Source: Oceanispirochaeta sp.
GTDB taxonomy: Bacteria > Spirochaetota > Spirochaetia > DSM-2461
Assembly (NCBI GenBank): GCA_963666275.2
Contig: CAXXOA010000001.1
Span: 2,400,001-2,464,000 of the forward strand
DNA length: 64,000 nt
Direction: 5' to 3'
The notes beneath the pieces are model-generated. The model worked only from the letters and a program-made list of their open reading frames with translations, had not been told where the DNA came from and made no database searches. Positions 18,508-29,263 of the stretch are shown in pieces; the first letter of the stretch is position 1; each line of letters begins with the position of its first letter. The translations under genes were made by a program, and so were the position numbers.

Positions 18508-19896
18508 TTATCTTTTCAGCTGAAGGAGTTCCTGCAGCATCGTATCGGAGGTTGTAATAGATTTACTGTTGGCCTGGAATCCTCTCTGAGTCACAATCAT
18601 ATCAGTGAACTGTTCCGCCAGGTCAACATTACTCATTTCGAGAGCTCCTGATACGAACTTTCCTTTACCGGCTATTCCGGAGGGTCCGATATTGGCTTCA
18701 CCGGAATTGATGGTCTGCACAAAAGTGGATTCTCCGCCTTTTTCAAGACCGCCGGGGTTGGTGAAAGACGCCAGAGCCACCTGTCCGAGAGACCGGTTTG
18801 TTCCGTTGGAATAAACTCCTGTAATCACACCGCGGGAATCGATCTGAAAAGTTTCCAGGTATCCCATGGAGTATCCGTTCTGACGGAACGCCTTGGTTGA
18901 AGAAGTTTCGGCGAACTGAGTGACCGTATTGGTATAGCTGCCCACTTCACCCAGATTCAGATTCATTGTCTGCCGAATGGGAGCTCCGTCCGCACCGGGT
19001 GTCGCGTCTACCACATCAAAAGAGACGGGGATCAGCAGTTCTCCCGCATCAACCGTGTCGCCCTGACCGTCGAAAGCTGTCTGCAGAGCACCCAGGTTAT
19101 CGAAGGTCATGGTAAATGTATTGGTTGTGTTGTTTTCAGCGCCGATCTCGATCGCCGTGTTTGTGGGAGTTTCCGCATCCTGATCAACAGCGACAGCCAC
19201 ATCCCACTGGTTGTTCACTCCGGGAGTTTTGGTAAAGCTGATTGTCATTTTATGGACATTGCCGAAACTGTCGTAGATGTCCTTATCAATCTGCCAGGTT
19301 CCCTCTCTCACATCGCCGGCACCGGCGCCGGGGAGGATATCGGGGGTCCTTTTATCCAGGTTACAGGCCAGTTCCACTTCCGTAGTGGCCGAAGCGGGAT
19401 CTTTGCTTCCCACGGGGATAAAAAGATCTGTTGTATCAGAAGCTGTATTGATATAGGTTTCACCGTCAATGGTTTCTGCTTCCCATCCCTGCACGCGCAT
19501 ACCGTTGGCAGGATTGACAAGCATGCCCTCTTCATCCAGACCGAAAGCGCCGGCTCTTGTATAGAACTCTTTATCTCCCTGGGACAGGATGAAAAATCCG
19601 TTCCCCTGAATCGCCAGGTCGGTAAGGTTCCCGGTGGTCTGAAGAGATCCCTGGGTATGGATTGTATCAATAGTGGCAACAGTCATACCGAGACCCACCT
19701 GCTGGGGATTCACACCGCCCAGTTCTTCTGTAGGTCTGGCGGCGCCTTTCATCTTCTGGGAGATCATATCCTGAAAGACAACCCGCCCTTTTTTAAACCC
19801 GATGGTGTTGACATTGGATACATTGTTTCCAATCACATCCATTCTGGTTTGATGATTCTGAAGTCCGGATACTCCGGAATAGAGTGAACGCATCAT
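18508..19896 (-). CDS. flgE: Flagellar hook protein FlgE
   Basis: [57 protein letters not shown]. Confidence 0.98.
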   Translation of the reverse strand: MMRSLYSGVSGLQNHQTRMDVIGNNVSNVNTIGFKKGRVVFQDMISQKMKGAARPTEELGGVNPQQVGLGMTVATIDTIHTQGSLQTTGNLTDLAIQGNGFFILSQGDKEFYTRAGAFGLDEEGMLVNPANGMRVQGWEAETIDGETYINTASDTTDLFIPVGSKDPASATTEVELACNLDKRTPDILPGAGAGDVREGTWQIDKDIYDSFGNVHKMTISFTKTPGVNNQWDVAVAVDQDAETPTNTAIEIGAENNTTNTFTMTFDNLGALQTAFDGQGDTVDAGELLIPVSFDVVDATPGADGAPIRQTMNLNLGEVGSYTNTVTQFAETSSTKAFRQNGYSMGYLETFQIDSRGVITGVYSNGTNRSLGQVALASFTNPGGLEKGGESTFVQTINSGEANIGPSGIAGKGKFVSGALEMSNVDLAEQFTDMIVTQRGFQANSKSITTSDTMLQELLQLKR

Positions 19897-20348
19897 AACT
19901 CGGTATCTCCTTTATTGTTAAATACTGTCTGTAGTGTTGAATAATCGTAATATTTTCCGCCCACCAGCAGCTGGGGAAACTCTCCGCCTGTTACGGCTTC
20001 CACGGAACCCTGGATATTCTGTCCGTTCACAAGAAGTTCCACATCCTGCCCCAGAACGCTCATGGCCGAGGAACTGTTGAGTTTCTGGGCCACAGAAGTA
20101 AACTGCTGACTCATATTGGTCATCTGTTCCAGTGAGGAAAACTGTGCCATCTGAGCAATGAATTCCTTGTCTTCCATCGGCTTTGTGGGATCCTGATGCG
20201 ACAGCTGTGTAATCAGGATTTTCATAAAATCATCTTTACCAAGCTCCGACTGCTGAACTCTGTTCCCGTTCAGGGCTTTATTGAACGAATCGACCTGCAT
20301 GGACAGTTTTGCTTTATCTGTTCCGTTCATCTGTGTACTGAAATCCAT
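19893..20348 (-). CDS. flgD: Hook capping protein FlgD
   Basis: [41 protein letters not shown]. Confidence 0.97.
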   Translation of the reverse strand: MDFSTQMNGTDKAKLSMQVDSFNKALNGNRVQQSELGKDDFMKILITQLSHQDPTKPMEDKEFIAQMAQFSSLEQMTNMSQQFTSVAQKLNSSSAMSVLGQDVELLVNGQNIQGSVEAVTGGEFPQLLVGGKYYDYSTLQTVFNNKGDTEL

Positions 20349-20357
20349 CAGGACCTC

Positions 20358-21731
20358 CTAAATCACTAAATCTATCTGAGAGAGACCGGCTCCCTCTTCA
20401 TACACTGCGGGGACCGCATCTTCCAGATCTGCAGCCTCCCTCTGAAAAAAGACAGGCTGTTCCTCCCGATACCCCTGCTGGGGGCCGGACTCTCCGCCAC
20501 CGACCGAAACATCCAGGGCGGCCGAATCAAACCCGCTGTCTTCCAGAGCGCGGGACAGGTCTGCCAGATTATTCTGAAAAACCTGCTTTACACTATTATT
20601 TTCGACAATTATCTTCCCGACTATATTGTTTTCATCAAGATTCAGGTGGATTCTTACTTTTCCCAGAGCCTCGGGCTTCAGAATCAGCTTGATTTCGCCG
20701 TGATTATTGTCTTTCAGAACAAATCGGATATTTTTGGCAAGATCCCGGGTCCCCCCCTCCTGAAGCTGTTTGTTCAGCAGGAAGGATCCTTTCTGCTCTT
20801 CTGCGGAGTGAAGGATAAACTGTCTTCCCGAGGCATCCCTGGACTCGCCTGTCTGGAGAGTGCCTGTGAGATCATCACCGGTTTCCATTTCAAGGACAAG
20901 TTCCTTACTGTCACCGTTTCCGGCAGGAGAAAATACAGCTCTGGCATCTTCTGTTTTAACAGTTCTTCTATCTTCCACGGAGATAAGAGAACTCCGGACA
21001 GCCTTGCCGTCGGAATCCCTGTGATTCGGGCCTTTCCGGCCTCTGGGGTCCCCCTCTTTTATCTGTGAAGGATCTGCGGCTTCAGTTCCTGCCACTGACT
21101 GAGTCTCCGCTGGTATAGGCGCAGCAGAGGCAGTCTGCTGATCCGGTCTATTCTGTTCTGAGCCGGAAAGGGACTGCTCCGCCTGAGAAACAGGCAGTTC
21201 GGAACTGGAGGATTTGTCCCCATCTCCCCGGGATACGGCAGAGGCGGCATTTTCAACGGTAAGGTTTTTTCCTGCCTCGGCAGTGGATTGTGCGGAAACA
21301 GCGGAAACTCTGTGTCCCTCAGATTTCTGTTTTCCGGCTGTATGAGAGAGGGTTTTCTCCCCCGGGGATTCTGAACCGGACAGAGGATACGCCTTTGCCT
21401 GTTCGGAAAAATCCACAAGACCCTTTATGCTCTTCTTTTCCTGAGAGGTTTCCGGTTTGTGCTGCCGGAGGGTCTTTTTTCCCTGGGGAACTTCATTTTT
21501 CCCGCTTTTTCGAGCCGGACCATCCTGAACGGATTGGCTCTTTTTTCCGGAAGTTTCCTGCTCTCTCTCTTTTTCTCTGCTGATCTTTTCATTTTTCAAT
21601 GTTTCAGCAAAGTCGGATTTCCCGTTTTTATCAGGTTTGAAAGCTTCTTCCGTGCGGCCAGGGTTTCGAACTTTGGTATTCCCCGAGTCAGGATTGCGTA
21701 TCTCGGTCTGCGGGAATGTAAACTGAACCAT
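20358..21731 (-). CDS. fliK: Hook-length control protein FliK (FlbC)
   Basis: Low-complexity N-terminus; C-terminal EIKLILKPEALGKVRIHL domain; lies upstream of flgD. Confidence 0.9.
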   Translation of the reverse strand: MVQFTFPQTEIRNPDSGNTKVRNPGRTEEAFKPDKNGKSDFAETLKNEKISREKEREQETSGKKSQSVQDGPARKSGKNEVPQGKKTLRQHKPETSQEKKSIKGLVDFSEQAKAYPLSGSESPGEKTLSHTAGKQKSEGHRVSAVSAQSTAEAGKNLTVENAASAVSRGDGDKSSSSELPVSQAEQSLSGSEQNRPDQQTASAAPIPAETQSVAGTEAADPSQIKEGDPRGRKGPNHRDSDGKAVRSSLISVEDRRTVKTEDARAVFSPAGNGDSKELVLEMETGDDLTGTLQTGESRDASGRQFILHSAEEQKGSFLLNKQLQEGGTRDLAKNIRFVLKDNNHGEIKLILKPEALGKVRIHLNLDENNIVGKIIVENNSVKQVFQNNLADLSRALEDSGFDSAALDVSVGGGESGPQQGYREEQPVFFQREAADLEDAVPAVYEEGAGLSQIDLVI

Positions 21732-21749
21732 GGCACCTCCAGATGAAAA

Positions 21750-22370
21750 TTAATCCTCCGGTTTCAATGTCATTTTACTCTGTAGCTCAGAGGCTCTGTC
21801 TGCGGGCATCAATGACAACCAGAAGGCAACCAGGGACGATCTTCCGGATTCCTGAGCCAGCCTTTCGGATGTTCTCAGCAGATCCACCAGCTCGGTATCT
21901 TCCATTTCCAGCATGATGGAAACGGCATTTTCGGGAGGCATTCCCTCAAGATACCGGGCATTCTGTTCCAGGTTTGCTCTTTTATTGTCGTACGAATTCA
22001 GAGCTTCATTAAGGGATTTCTCTTTTTCATCCAAAGATTTCTGTCTTTCCTCCAGCTGGGTTGCCAGTTCCTGGAGCTCCGCCTCGGACAGAAGGAGCTC
22101 ATCCTCTCTGGCCTGCAGGTCCGCTTCGCGCAAATCCAGTGCTTCTATCTGTTTAGAGAGACGTTCCTTGTCGAGGAGGTACAGATCATCGGGCTGTTCC
22201 ACAGGTTCGGGGGCATCGAGTCTGAGAGCTCTCAGCAGGGGTGTCAGGGAATCCCGGGCATTGATCAGTCCCAGAAAATCCACCCAGAGAAGCCCTCCGA
22301 TTATCAATACAGCAATGAGAATAATCAGAAAAAATATTTTTGCGATCCCGCCGCCGTTCAATCCTGCCAC
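21750..22370 (-). CDS. flbB: Periplasmic flagellar collar protein FlbB (MgtE_N/MotE-like)
   Basis: TM helix, coiled coil, YLEGMPPENAV..SSLVAFWLSLMPADRA; fliJ-flbB-fliK synteny. Confidence 0.85.
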   Translation of the reverse strand: MAGLNGGGIAKIFFLIILIAVLIIGGLLWVDFLGLINARDSLTPLLRALRLDAPEPVEQPDDLYLLDKERLSKQIEALDLREADLQAREDELLLSEAELQELATQLEERQKSLDEKEKSLNEALNSYDNKRANLEQNARYLEGMPPENAVSIMLEMEDTELVDLLRTSERLAQESGRSSLVAFWLSLMPADRASELQSKMTLKPED

Positions 22371-22388
22371 AGTTGTACCTCATTATCC

Positions 22389-22817
22389 TTATTCGGATGA
22401 CTCTCTCATCCGGGTCATATTCTGACTCAAGTCATCAAGAAAGAGCTCTTCTTTTTTACGGGCCCTTTTTCTATGTTCCTCTTTCCGTTTCGCTTTGAGT
22501 TTATCAAGGCCTTCTCTTGCCGCCCGGGCCTGCCTGTACTCTTCCCTCAGTTTTTCAAGGAGGGGTTCTTTCCTGTCCATCTCCTGCTGAAACCGCAGGA
22601 TCTGCTGATCCAGCCGGGCGCTGTACAGGGAAGACTGAAAAATGTCCTCAGGGGTCCTGGCCGGGGCCATCCTCTGTTTTTTCTCCACACAGTCCTGCTG
22701 CTGCCGGCTGATCCGGTTCCATTCACTGACGACCCGTCCCAATCGGACTTCCGCCTCCTGCTCCTGTTCCAGGCGCAGTTCCAGGATCTGCTCAAGTGAG
22801 AATTGAAATGCCTTCAT
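22389..22817 (-). CDS. fliJ: Flagellar export chaperone FliJ
   Basis: MKAFQFSLEQILELR start with GAGGAG SD; coiled coil; follows fliI. Confidence 0.88.
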   Translation of the reverse strand: MKAFQFSLEQILELRLEQEQEAEVRLGRVVSEWNRISRQQQDCVEKKQRMAPARTPEDIFQSSLYSARLDQQILRFQQEMDRKEPLLEKLREEYRQARAAREGLDKLKAKRKEEHRKRARKKEELFLDDLSQNMTRMRESSE

Positions 22818-24174
22818 TTCCCGGCTCCTCATCGGCTGCGGCAGAACCCCAGACTTCCTGTTCCGTCAGATCCACACCGGCAATGGCACCCGCATTGACA
22901 AGGGTTTTGCGGATATCCGCTTTTTCTTCTATCTCCTGCCGGAGAAAGTCTTTGATGCTGTCAATTTTTGCAATAGCCTCATCCACTTCCGGATTGGACC
23001 CCCTGGCATAGGCACCCACTGAGATCAGGTCTTCCTTTTCCGTATAGAGAGCCAGGAGTTTTCTGATATACCCCGAATTCCTTCTCAGGTTTTCGGGCAT
23101 GATTTTGGTTTCCAGCCGGGAGACTGAGCTCAGCACATCCACCGCAGGATAGTGATACTGTTCCGCCAGCTTCCTCGACAGGACAATATGACCGTCCAGG
23201 ATACCCCTGACCGCATCTGTGACCGGTTCATCCATATCATCCCCTTCGACAAGGATGGTATAGACACCTGTGATGGTTCCCCTGTCGGAGGTTCCGCTCC
23301 TTTCCAGGAGCTTGGGAAGCAGGGTAAAAACCGAAGGTGTGTATCCCCTGGTTGCGGGGGGTTCCCCGATGGCCAGGCCGATCTCACGCTGGGACATGGC
23401 AAAACGGGTGACCGAATCAAAAAGGAGCATCACGTTTTTACCCTGGTCACGGAAATATTCCGCTATGGTGGTTGCCGTATAGGCGCCCCTGACACGGCTC
23501 AAAGCGGATGTGTCCCCAGTGGAAACCACAAGAACCGAGCGTTTGAGGCCTTCCGGTCCCAGATCGTTTTCAATGAATTCCCGGACTTCCCTGCCCCGTT
23601 CCCCGATAAGTGCGATGACATTCACATCGGCCGATGTATTCCGGGCGATCATGCCCAGAAGGGTGGATTTTCCCACACCTGAACCGGCAAAGATACCGAT
23701 CCTCTGGCCCTCCCCTATGGGAGTCATACTGTCGATGGATCGGACTCCAGTGACAATCTGTTTATCGATCCGTTTTCTTGTCATCGGCGAAGGGGGAGAA
23801 TGGAATACCGAACGGGTCTCGGTGCTTCTGATTCCGCCCATATCATCAACAGGGTGTCCCAGACCATCGAGAACCCGCCCCAGAAGGTCATCTGAGACTC
23901 CTATACTGAGCTGTTCTCCCGTGGCAACCACGGGACATCCTGCTTCGATGCCCTGCATTTCTCCGTAGGGCATAAGCTGAACTCTCTGATCCCGGAGAGC
24001 CACAACTTCCGCCAGGATTTCCTCGTTCTGCCTGGGAAGGTAGATGCGGCAGACCTCGCCGATCACAGCCTGAGGACCGCTGGATTCGATCAGATTCCCC
24101 TGCACGCGGATAACCGACCCCTGATATTTGACAGGGTCCAGACCTTCCACGGCTTTCAGGTATCTTTTCAGCAT
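22792..24174 (-). CDS. fliI: Flagellar export ATPase FliI
   Basis: FAGSGVGKSTLL, IGERGREV, LLFDSVTRFA, GEPPATRGY. Confidence 0.98.
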   Translation of the reverse strand: MLKRYLKAVEGLDPVKYQGSVIRVQGNLIESSGPQAVIGEVCRIYLPRQNEEILAEVVALRDQRVQLMPYGEMQGIEAGCPVVATGEQLSIGVSDDLLGRVLDGLGHPVDDMGGIRSTETRSVFHSPPSPMTRKRIDKQIVTGVRSIDSMTPIGEGQRIGIFAGSGVGKSTLLGMIARNTSADVNVIALIGERGREVREFIENDLGPEGLKRSVLVVSTGDTSALSRVRGAYTATTIAEYFRDQGKNVMLLFDSVTRFAMSQREIGLAIGEPPATRGYTPSVFTLLPKLLERSGTSDRGTITGVYTILVEGDDMDEPVTDAVRGILDGHIVLSRKLAEQYHYPAVDVLSSVSRLETKIMPENLRRNSGYIRKLLALYTEKEDLISVGAYARGSNPEVDEAIAKIDSIKDFLRQEIEEKADIRKTLVNAGAIAGVDLTEQEVWGSAAADEEPGNEGISILT

Positions 24175-24189
24175 AGTATCCTCCGGGGC

Positions 24190-25104
24190 TTACTGTTCGC
24201 CCTTTACCTTGATGGGAACCAGTTCCATGATCTTTTCTTCGATCTCTTTGAGCTGGGATGTAATTCTGGCATCGATCTGACCGAAATCCGTTTCAATAAT
24301 ACAGCCGCCCTGGTCTACCGAGGTATCCTCAAGGACGGTTATGGATTTTACATTTTCCACCATTTTCATGAAGTCGCGGGTATGGTCCGTTGCCAGATCC
24401 AGATCAGCCAGGTTAACCCTGATGGCCACATCTCCCCGGCTTTTGAGCTTTCTCAATGCCTGAACAATATTATTCACAACCACATTTTTCTGGTTTTCCG
24501 ATATGACCTTGATAACTTTCCGGGAGATCAGAAGGACCAGATCTATCATCTGGGTTTCTGCTTCGTCAATCATCTCCTCCCGTTTTTCGATCGCTTTGTC
24601 TATGATCTTATGAAGCCTTTCCACAAGCCTCTGGGCCTCTTTCTTACCCTCTTCAAAACCCTCTTCCCGGCCTGCGGCTTCTCCCTTTCCCCGGGCTTCC
24701 TCTTCAATCTGGGCAACCTGGGCCCGGGCATCGGCCAGCATTTTTTCCGCATCATTTTTAGCCTGATCCAGAACTCTGGCTGCTTCGGATTCCACTTCAA
24801 TCTTCTCTCGTGAAGCCTGATCTGTTTTTCTCCGGACCTCTTCAAAGGCTGTTTCCTCAGCCTCTTTGATGATCCTTTCCGCCTCAGCCTGGGCCTGTTC
24901 GACCATGCGGGCCTTCTCTTCCTCCCACTGAACGCGGAAGGCTTCGGCTTCCCGTCTGAGATCATCCGCGGTCGGTCCTGTATACTCTTCTATATCAGTG
25001 AGTTCTTCCAGAGACTCTTCGGTCTGAAAAACCGGGGGCGCGATTTCCACTTTCTGAGCTGTCAGATTTATGATTTCCATGGGTCTGAAAAGGTTTTTAG
25101 CCAT
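24190..25104 (-). CDS. fliH: Flagellar assembly protein FliH
   Basis: GxxxG repeats GEAAGREEGFEEG; GGCIIETDFGQIDA. Confidence 0.95.
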   Translation of the reverse strand: MAKNLFRPMEIINLTAQKVEIAPPVFQTEESLEELTDIEEYTGPTADDLRREAEAFRVQWEEEKARMVEQAQAEAERIIKEAEETAFEEVRRKTDQASREKIEVESEAARVLDQAKNDAEKMLADARAQVAQIEEEARGKGEAAGREEGFEEGKKEAQRLVERLHKIIDKAIEKREEMIDEAETQMIDLVLLISRKVIKVISENQKNVVVNNIVQALRKLKSRGDVAIRVNLADLDLATDHTRDFMKMVENVKSITVLEDTSVDQGGCIIETDFGQIDARITSQLKEIEEKIMELVPIKVKGEQ

Positions 25105-25128
25105 GCCCTACTCCTTTACACTGCGCAT

Positions 25129-26166
25129 TTACACCAGAACGTCTTCTTCACCGCTTCTGGCAATAACGACTTCACCCTGCTCTTCCAGTTTCCGGATAAC
25201 CGATACGATTTTCTGCTGGGCTTCCTCGACATCCTTCCGACGGGTGGGGCCCATAAAATCCATATCTTCCTTCAACAGGGCCGCCGCCCTTTTAGACATA
25301 TTCCGGAAGATCTTATCCTGCACTTCAGGGTCCACCGCCTTGAGAGCTTTCGCCAGTTCCGCCGTATCGACTTCCCGCATAACCCTCTGGACGGCTCTGT
25401 CATCCAGCATAATGATATCTTCGAATACGAACATCCTCTTCTTGATCTCTTCGGCCAGTTCGGGATCGTCCTCTTCCAGGGATTCAATGATGGTTTTCTC
25501 TGTGGTTCTGTCTACAAGGTTCAGAATATCCACGATACTGGGAACACCACCGGCAGAGGTATAGTCCTCCGAAGAGAGGGAGGAGAGTTTTTTCTCAAGA
25601 ACCCGTTCCACCTCTCTCAGGATTTCCGGCGAGGTCCTGTCCATGGTTGCGATCCTTTTGGCTACATCAGACTGTTTCTCCTGGGGGAGCTGACTGAGGA
25701 TCTGAGACGCCTTGAGAGGCTCCAGATAAGCCAGGATGAGAGCAATGGTCTGGGGATGCTCCTGCTGGATAAAGTTCAGCAGATGAGCCGGATCGGTCCG
25801 TCTGACAAAGTCGAAAGGTCTGGTTTTCAGAGAACTGGTCAGCCTGTTGATGATATCAACAGCTTTCTGACTTCCCAGAGATTTTTCAAGGAGCTCCCGG
25901 GCATAGTCGATACCGCCGGAAGAGATGAAATCCTGGGCCATCATGAGCTCCTGGAACTCCTGAAGCACCATATCCCTGGATTCGGGGTCTATATTTTCCA
26001 GTCGGGCAATTTCAAAGGTAAGGATTTCGATTTCATCTTCCCGGAGATGTTTAAACACTTCCGATGAGATTTCCGCTCCCAGGGTTACCAGAAAGATAGC
26101 GGCTTTCTGCTTTCCCGAAAGTTCTTCCTTATGATTCCCCTTGCCCTGGCTGTTTGCTTTTGCCAT
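25129..26166 (-). CDS. fliG: Flagellar rotor protein FliG
   Basis: QKAAIFLVTLG, GGIDYA, EHPQTIALIL, MFVFEDI, NMSKRAA. Confidence 0.98.
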   Translation of the reverse strand: MAKANSQGKGNHKEELSGKQKAAIFLVTLGAEISSEVFKHLREDEIEILTFEIARLENIDPESRDMVLQEFQELMMAQDFISSGGIDYARELLEKSLGSQKAVDIINRLTSSLKTRPFDFVRRTDPAHLLNFIQQEHPQTIALILAYLEPLKASQILSQLPQEKQSDVAKRIATMDRTSPEILREVERVLEKKLSSLSSEDYTSAGGVPSIVDILNLVDRTTEKTIIESLEEDDPELAEEIKKRMFVFEDIIMLDDRAVQRVMREVDTAELAKALKAVDPEVQDKIFRNMSKRAAALLKEDMDFMGPTRRKDVEEAQQKIVSVIRKLEEQGEVVIARSGEEDVLV

Positions 26167-26183
26167 CTATAAACTCCTGCGTT

Positions 26184-27890
26184 TTACTCTTCAGCCAGCC
26201 ATGTTCGGATCAGGTTAGCCACGTCTTCAGGATGCTCTCTTGCCATATTCTTGGCATTCTCCTGCATCTCCATTCTGGCGCGTTCCTGTACGGACATTTC
26301 CACATCGATTCCCTCTTCTTCCGCCTGACGGAGAGTCTGTTCTCTCATAGCCTGGTGCTGTCTTGCCAGCTCCTCTTCCCGCAGTCTTCTTCTGCGTTCC
26401 AGTTCTTTGGCAATAGCCCGGTAGATAAAGAAAGCGGCAATGAGAATGATCAGAGCAATTATGGAGTAGAGCAGGGTCTGCTGAATCTGCTGCTGTCTCC
26501 TGTACTCGGCGTCTTCCGCTTTAAACTCGTCAGACCGGTCAAAAGGTATGTGCTGGACCGTTACGGTATCTCCCCTTGCGGTGGAGTACCCTACAGCGTG
26601 CTGAACAAGGGTCAGTGCCTTTGCCAGATCTTCATCGGACACAGGGGTGTACACTCGTTTAATACTGCCCTTTTCAATAACTGCTTTTCCCTTCTCATCA
26701 TAATCCCAGTTCCATATTCCGTCCACTGCTACAGCCACAGAGATTCTGGCAATCTGAAAGGGACTTTTCTCTTCCTGGATATTCCGGGTGTTCACCACTT
26801 CATTCCTGGTGGTACTGTTGCTTTCGTACCGGCCCACCAGGTTGTTCAGATCCTTATAGGCGGGAGCTGTCTGCCCCTCCTGTCCGGGAGGTCCCTCGGG
26901 ATTGAATCCTGTACCCTCGAAGTTTTCCGCCGAGTTGGACTCGGAAAGGGTTATGGAATTGACCGTTTCCAGCTCACTGTAGGGAGTTTCAGGGTCGTCT
27001 TCCCTGACTGTAATGGGAAAATGCTCTTCTGTGGCGATCGTTTTATTAATGAATTCCAGATCAATATCAATATTGACTATATTCACCCTTTTGGGAGTAA
27101 ACACATTCTGCAGAGATGCCAGGATCGTGTTGGTATACTGAACTTCCAGAGATTTTTTCTGTTTCAGCATCCGGCTTGTCAGTTCGAGCCTGTCCAGGCT
27201 TTCCAGCCCTTCAAAGTCATTCAGGATCGTCCCGTTGAAATCCAGGATGGTGATATTCTCTTCATCCAGTCCTTCCACGGCAAACTGAACCAGTTTGACA
27301 ATACCTTCCACTTTATTTCTGTTGGTGGCAATATCACTGCCCGGACGGGGAGTGATCACAGCCGAAACGGTCACAGGGTTCTGCTCGCTGGCAAAGAGAG
27401 TCCTTTCGGGCATAACCAGAGAAACCTGGGCGTTGTCCACATCGGCCAGAGCTTCAATGTGCTGCTCCAGACTGGCTGTGATGGCCCGGCGGAGGTTCAC
27501 ATCCCTCTCAAAATCGGTGAGGGTCCATCTTTCCACGTCGAAAATGGCCCAGGGATCCGTATCGGAGGGAATCAGATCCTCCCGGATAAGCAGAGATCGC
27601 ATATTTCTGGCTGTTTTTTCATCGGAAACATAGATACGGCCGTCCGCATTGAGTCTGTAGGCGATCCCTTCCTCATCCAGTTTCAGCATGATCCTGTCAT
27701 TGCTGTCCTGATCTGTGATGGGGACTCCCAGCAGCGGCACCATACTCGGTGATGATGATACGGTGAATAAAAGAACGATACCTACAACGGCTCCTATCAG
27801 GATACCCGAGAATATCAATTTCTGAACAATGCTCCACTTACCCCAGACTGTTGTAATCTGGCCAAGCAGTTTTTTTATCCATTCCAGCAT
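26184..27890 (-). CDS. fliF: Flagellar MS-ring protein FliF
   Basis: Two TM helices; TDFERDVNLRRAI, ARISVAVAVDG, GYSTARGDTVTV; C-terminal HPEDVANLIRTWL. Confidence 0.97.
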   Translation of the reverse strand: MLEWIKKLLGQITTVWGKWSIVQKLIFSGILIGAVVGIVLLFTVSSSPSMVPLLGVPITDQDSNDRIMLKLDEEGIAYRLNADGRIYVSDEKTARNMRSLLIREDLIPSDTDPWAIFDVERWTLTDFERDVNLRRAITASLEQHIEALADVDNAQVSLVMPERTLFASEQNPVTVSAVITPRPGSDIATNRNKVEGIVKLVQFAVEGLDEENITILDFNGTILNDFEGLESLDRLELTSRMLKQKKSLEVQYTNTILASLQNVFTPKRVNIVNIDIDLEFINKTIATEEHFPITVREDDPETPYSELETVNSITLSESNSAENFEGTGFNPEGPPGQEGQTAPAYKDLNNLVGRYESNSTTRNEVVNTRNIQEEKSPFQIARISVAVAVDGIWNWDYDEKGKAVIEKGSIKRVYTPVSDEDLAKALTLVQHAVGYSTARGDTVTVQHIPFDRSDEFKAEDAEYRRQQQIQQTLLYSIIALIILIAAFFIYRAIAKELERRRRLREEELARQHQAMREQTLRQAEEEGIDVEMSVQERARMEMQENAKNMAREHPEDVANLIRTWLAEE

Positions 27891-27954
27891 TTCCCCCTCC
27901 CACGGTGAAAACTGAGGACTTCCTGTTAGTCGTCAGGCAGCCCTTCTCACTTTC

Positions 27955-28299
27955 TTACCTCATATTGATTATATCTTTATAGGCCTGAACGGCACCATCT
28001 ACGATACTTTTGGTCATCTGCAGCGACATATTGGCTTTCGCCATGGCAATGCTCACATCATGGACTTCCACAGAGTCGGGCTGTGTGACCATTTTTGTGA
28101 ACAGTTCGCTGCTGTCAATCTGATCCTGGTTGGCTGCATTGAGCCCCTGCCGGACCAGATCTGAAAAACTGGAAGCTGCGGGAATTTCATCCGGAGCATT
28201 CTGCCCCACAACCTTCATATGCCTGGCATCGGTGCGGTTCATGACAATGCTGTTTCCCATAGCCTGTGTTTCATTCAAAAGATTCAGTATTGTACTCAT
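27955..28299 (-). CDS. fliE: Hook-basal body protein FliE
   Basis: VHDVSIAMAKANMSLQ..VQAYKDIINMR. Confidence 0.95.
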   Translation of the reverse strand: MSTILNLLNETQAMGNSIVMNRTDARHMKVVGQNAPDEIPAASSFSDLVRQGLNAANQDQIDSSELFTKMVTQPDSVEVHDVSIAMAKANMSLQMTKSIVDGAVQAYKDIINMR

Positions 28300-28302
28300 A
28301 AC

Positions 28303-28761
28303 CTACCTCCCGATCTCCAGAGCTTTCTGGAACATGCTTTTGCTGCCGTCCATAATAGCCACATTCGCCTCATAGGCTCTGGTGGCGGATATCATATCCA
28401 CCATTTCGTTTACTACATTCACATTGGGGTACTCGACGTATCCCTTTTTGGGTCCTGTTTTAATGGCATCGGGGTGAGTGGGATCATAGACAAGCCTGAG
28501 CTCCGCATCCATATCCTTTTCGATCTCCGAAACCCGCACTCCCTTTCCGATTCCGTTGTCCAGGGACTCGGGCAGAAAAGGAGAGCGCCAGTAGGGCTGA
28601 TCCACGACAGGACGGAAAACAACCCGGCTCCTGCGGAAAGGCCCGCCCTCGGCAGTCCTTGTGGTATTGGCATTGGCAATGTTGTCGGAGATGACATCCA
28701 GCCTCATCCGTTCGGCTGAAAGGCCGCTTGCTGCTGTATTGATCGAACTGAATAATCCCAT
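28303..28761 (-). CDS. flgC: Basal-body rod protein FlgC
   Basis: ASGLSAERMRLDVISDNIANANTTRT; YDPTHPDA; PNVNVVNEMVDMISATRAYEAN. Confidence 0.98.
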   Translation of the reverse strand: MGLFSSINTAASGLSAERMRLDVISDNIANANTTRTAEGGPFRRSRVVFRPVVDQPYWRSPFLPESLDNGIGKGVRVSEIEKDMDAELRLVYDPTHPDAIKTGPKKGYVEYPNVNVVNEMVDMISATRAYEANVAIMDGSKSMFQKALEIGR

Positions 28762-28774
28762 TCCCTACTCCTTA

Positions 28775-29191
28775 CTACCTGGTAACCATATTGATCTGAG
28801 AGAACTGCCAGGCCACTGACTGGGTCATGAGTTCATACATCATCTGATTTTCCGTGGCAGACATGACTTCCTGCTCAATATCCACGTTGTTTCCATTATT
28901 TTTTGACGTCGTCAGATAGTCCAGAACCCTTCTGGGCCGGACAGATCTGTAGTCGGTTGTTTCATTGAAACTCATATGCCGGGGATCGGTGACCCGCGCG
29001 GGGAGAGTTTTTCTGTTTTCCGAATCGAGCGCCTTTTTCAATTCGGCTTCGAAGTTTACATCGCTCCTTTTGAAATTGGGAGTTTCCGCATTGGCTATAT
29101 TGTTGGAGATAACCTCTCTCCTGAGCATGGAGACATTCATGGATCTCTGGAGAATATCTACTGTTTTACCAAAGCTGTTGTTTGTAAACAT
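28775..29191 (-). CDS. flgB: Basal-body rod protein FlgB
   Basis: RREVISNNIANAETPNFK; NGNNVDIEQE. Confidence 0.97.
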   Translation of the reverse strand: MFTNNSFGKTVDILQRSMNVSMLRREVISNNIANAETPNFKRSDVNFEAELKKALDSENRKTLPARVTDPRHMSFNETTDYRSVRPRRVLDYLTTSKNNGNNVDIEQEVMSATENQMMYELMTQSVAWQFSQINMVTR

Positions 29192-29228
29192 ACACGTCCT
29201 TCCTCATTGTTTAGTCGATTCCCTATCA

Positions 29229-29257
29229 TCATCGGCACTTCCCCGGCACCTGCTTAG
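29229..29257 (-). promoter_or_regulatory. Putative sigma28 promoter of the flgB operon
   Basis: - strand CTAAG-N16-GCCGATGA (consensus TAAA-N15-GCCGATAA) in the hslU-flgB gap. Confidence 0.6.
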
Positions 29258-29263
29258 CAGTTT

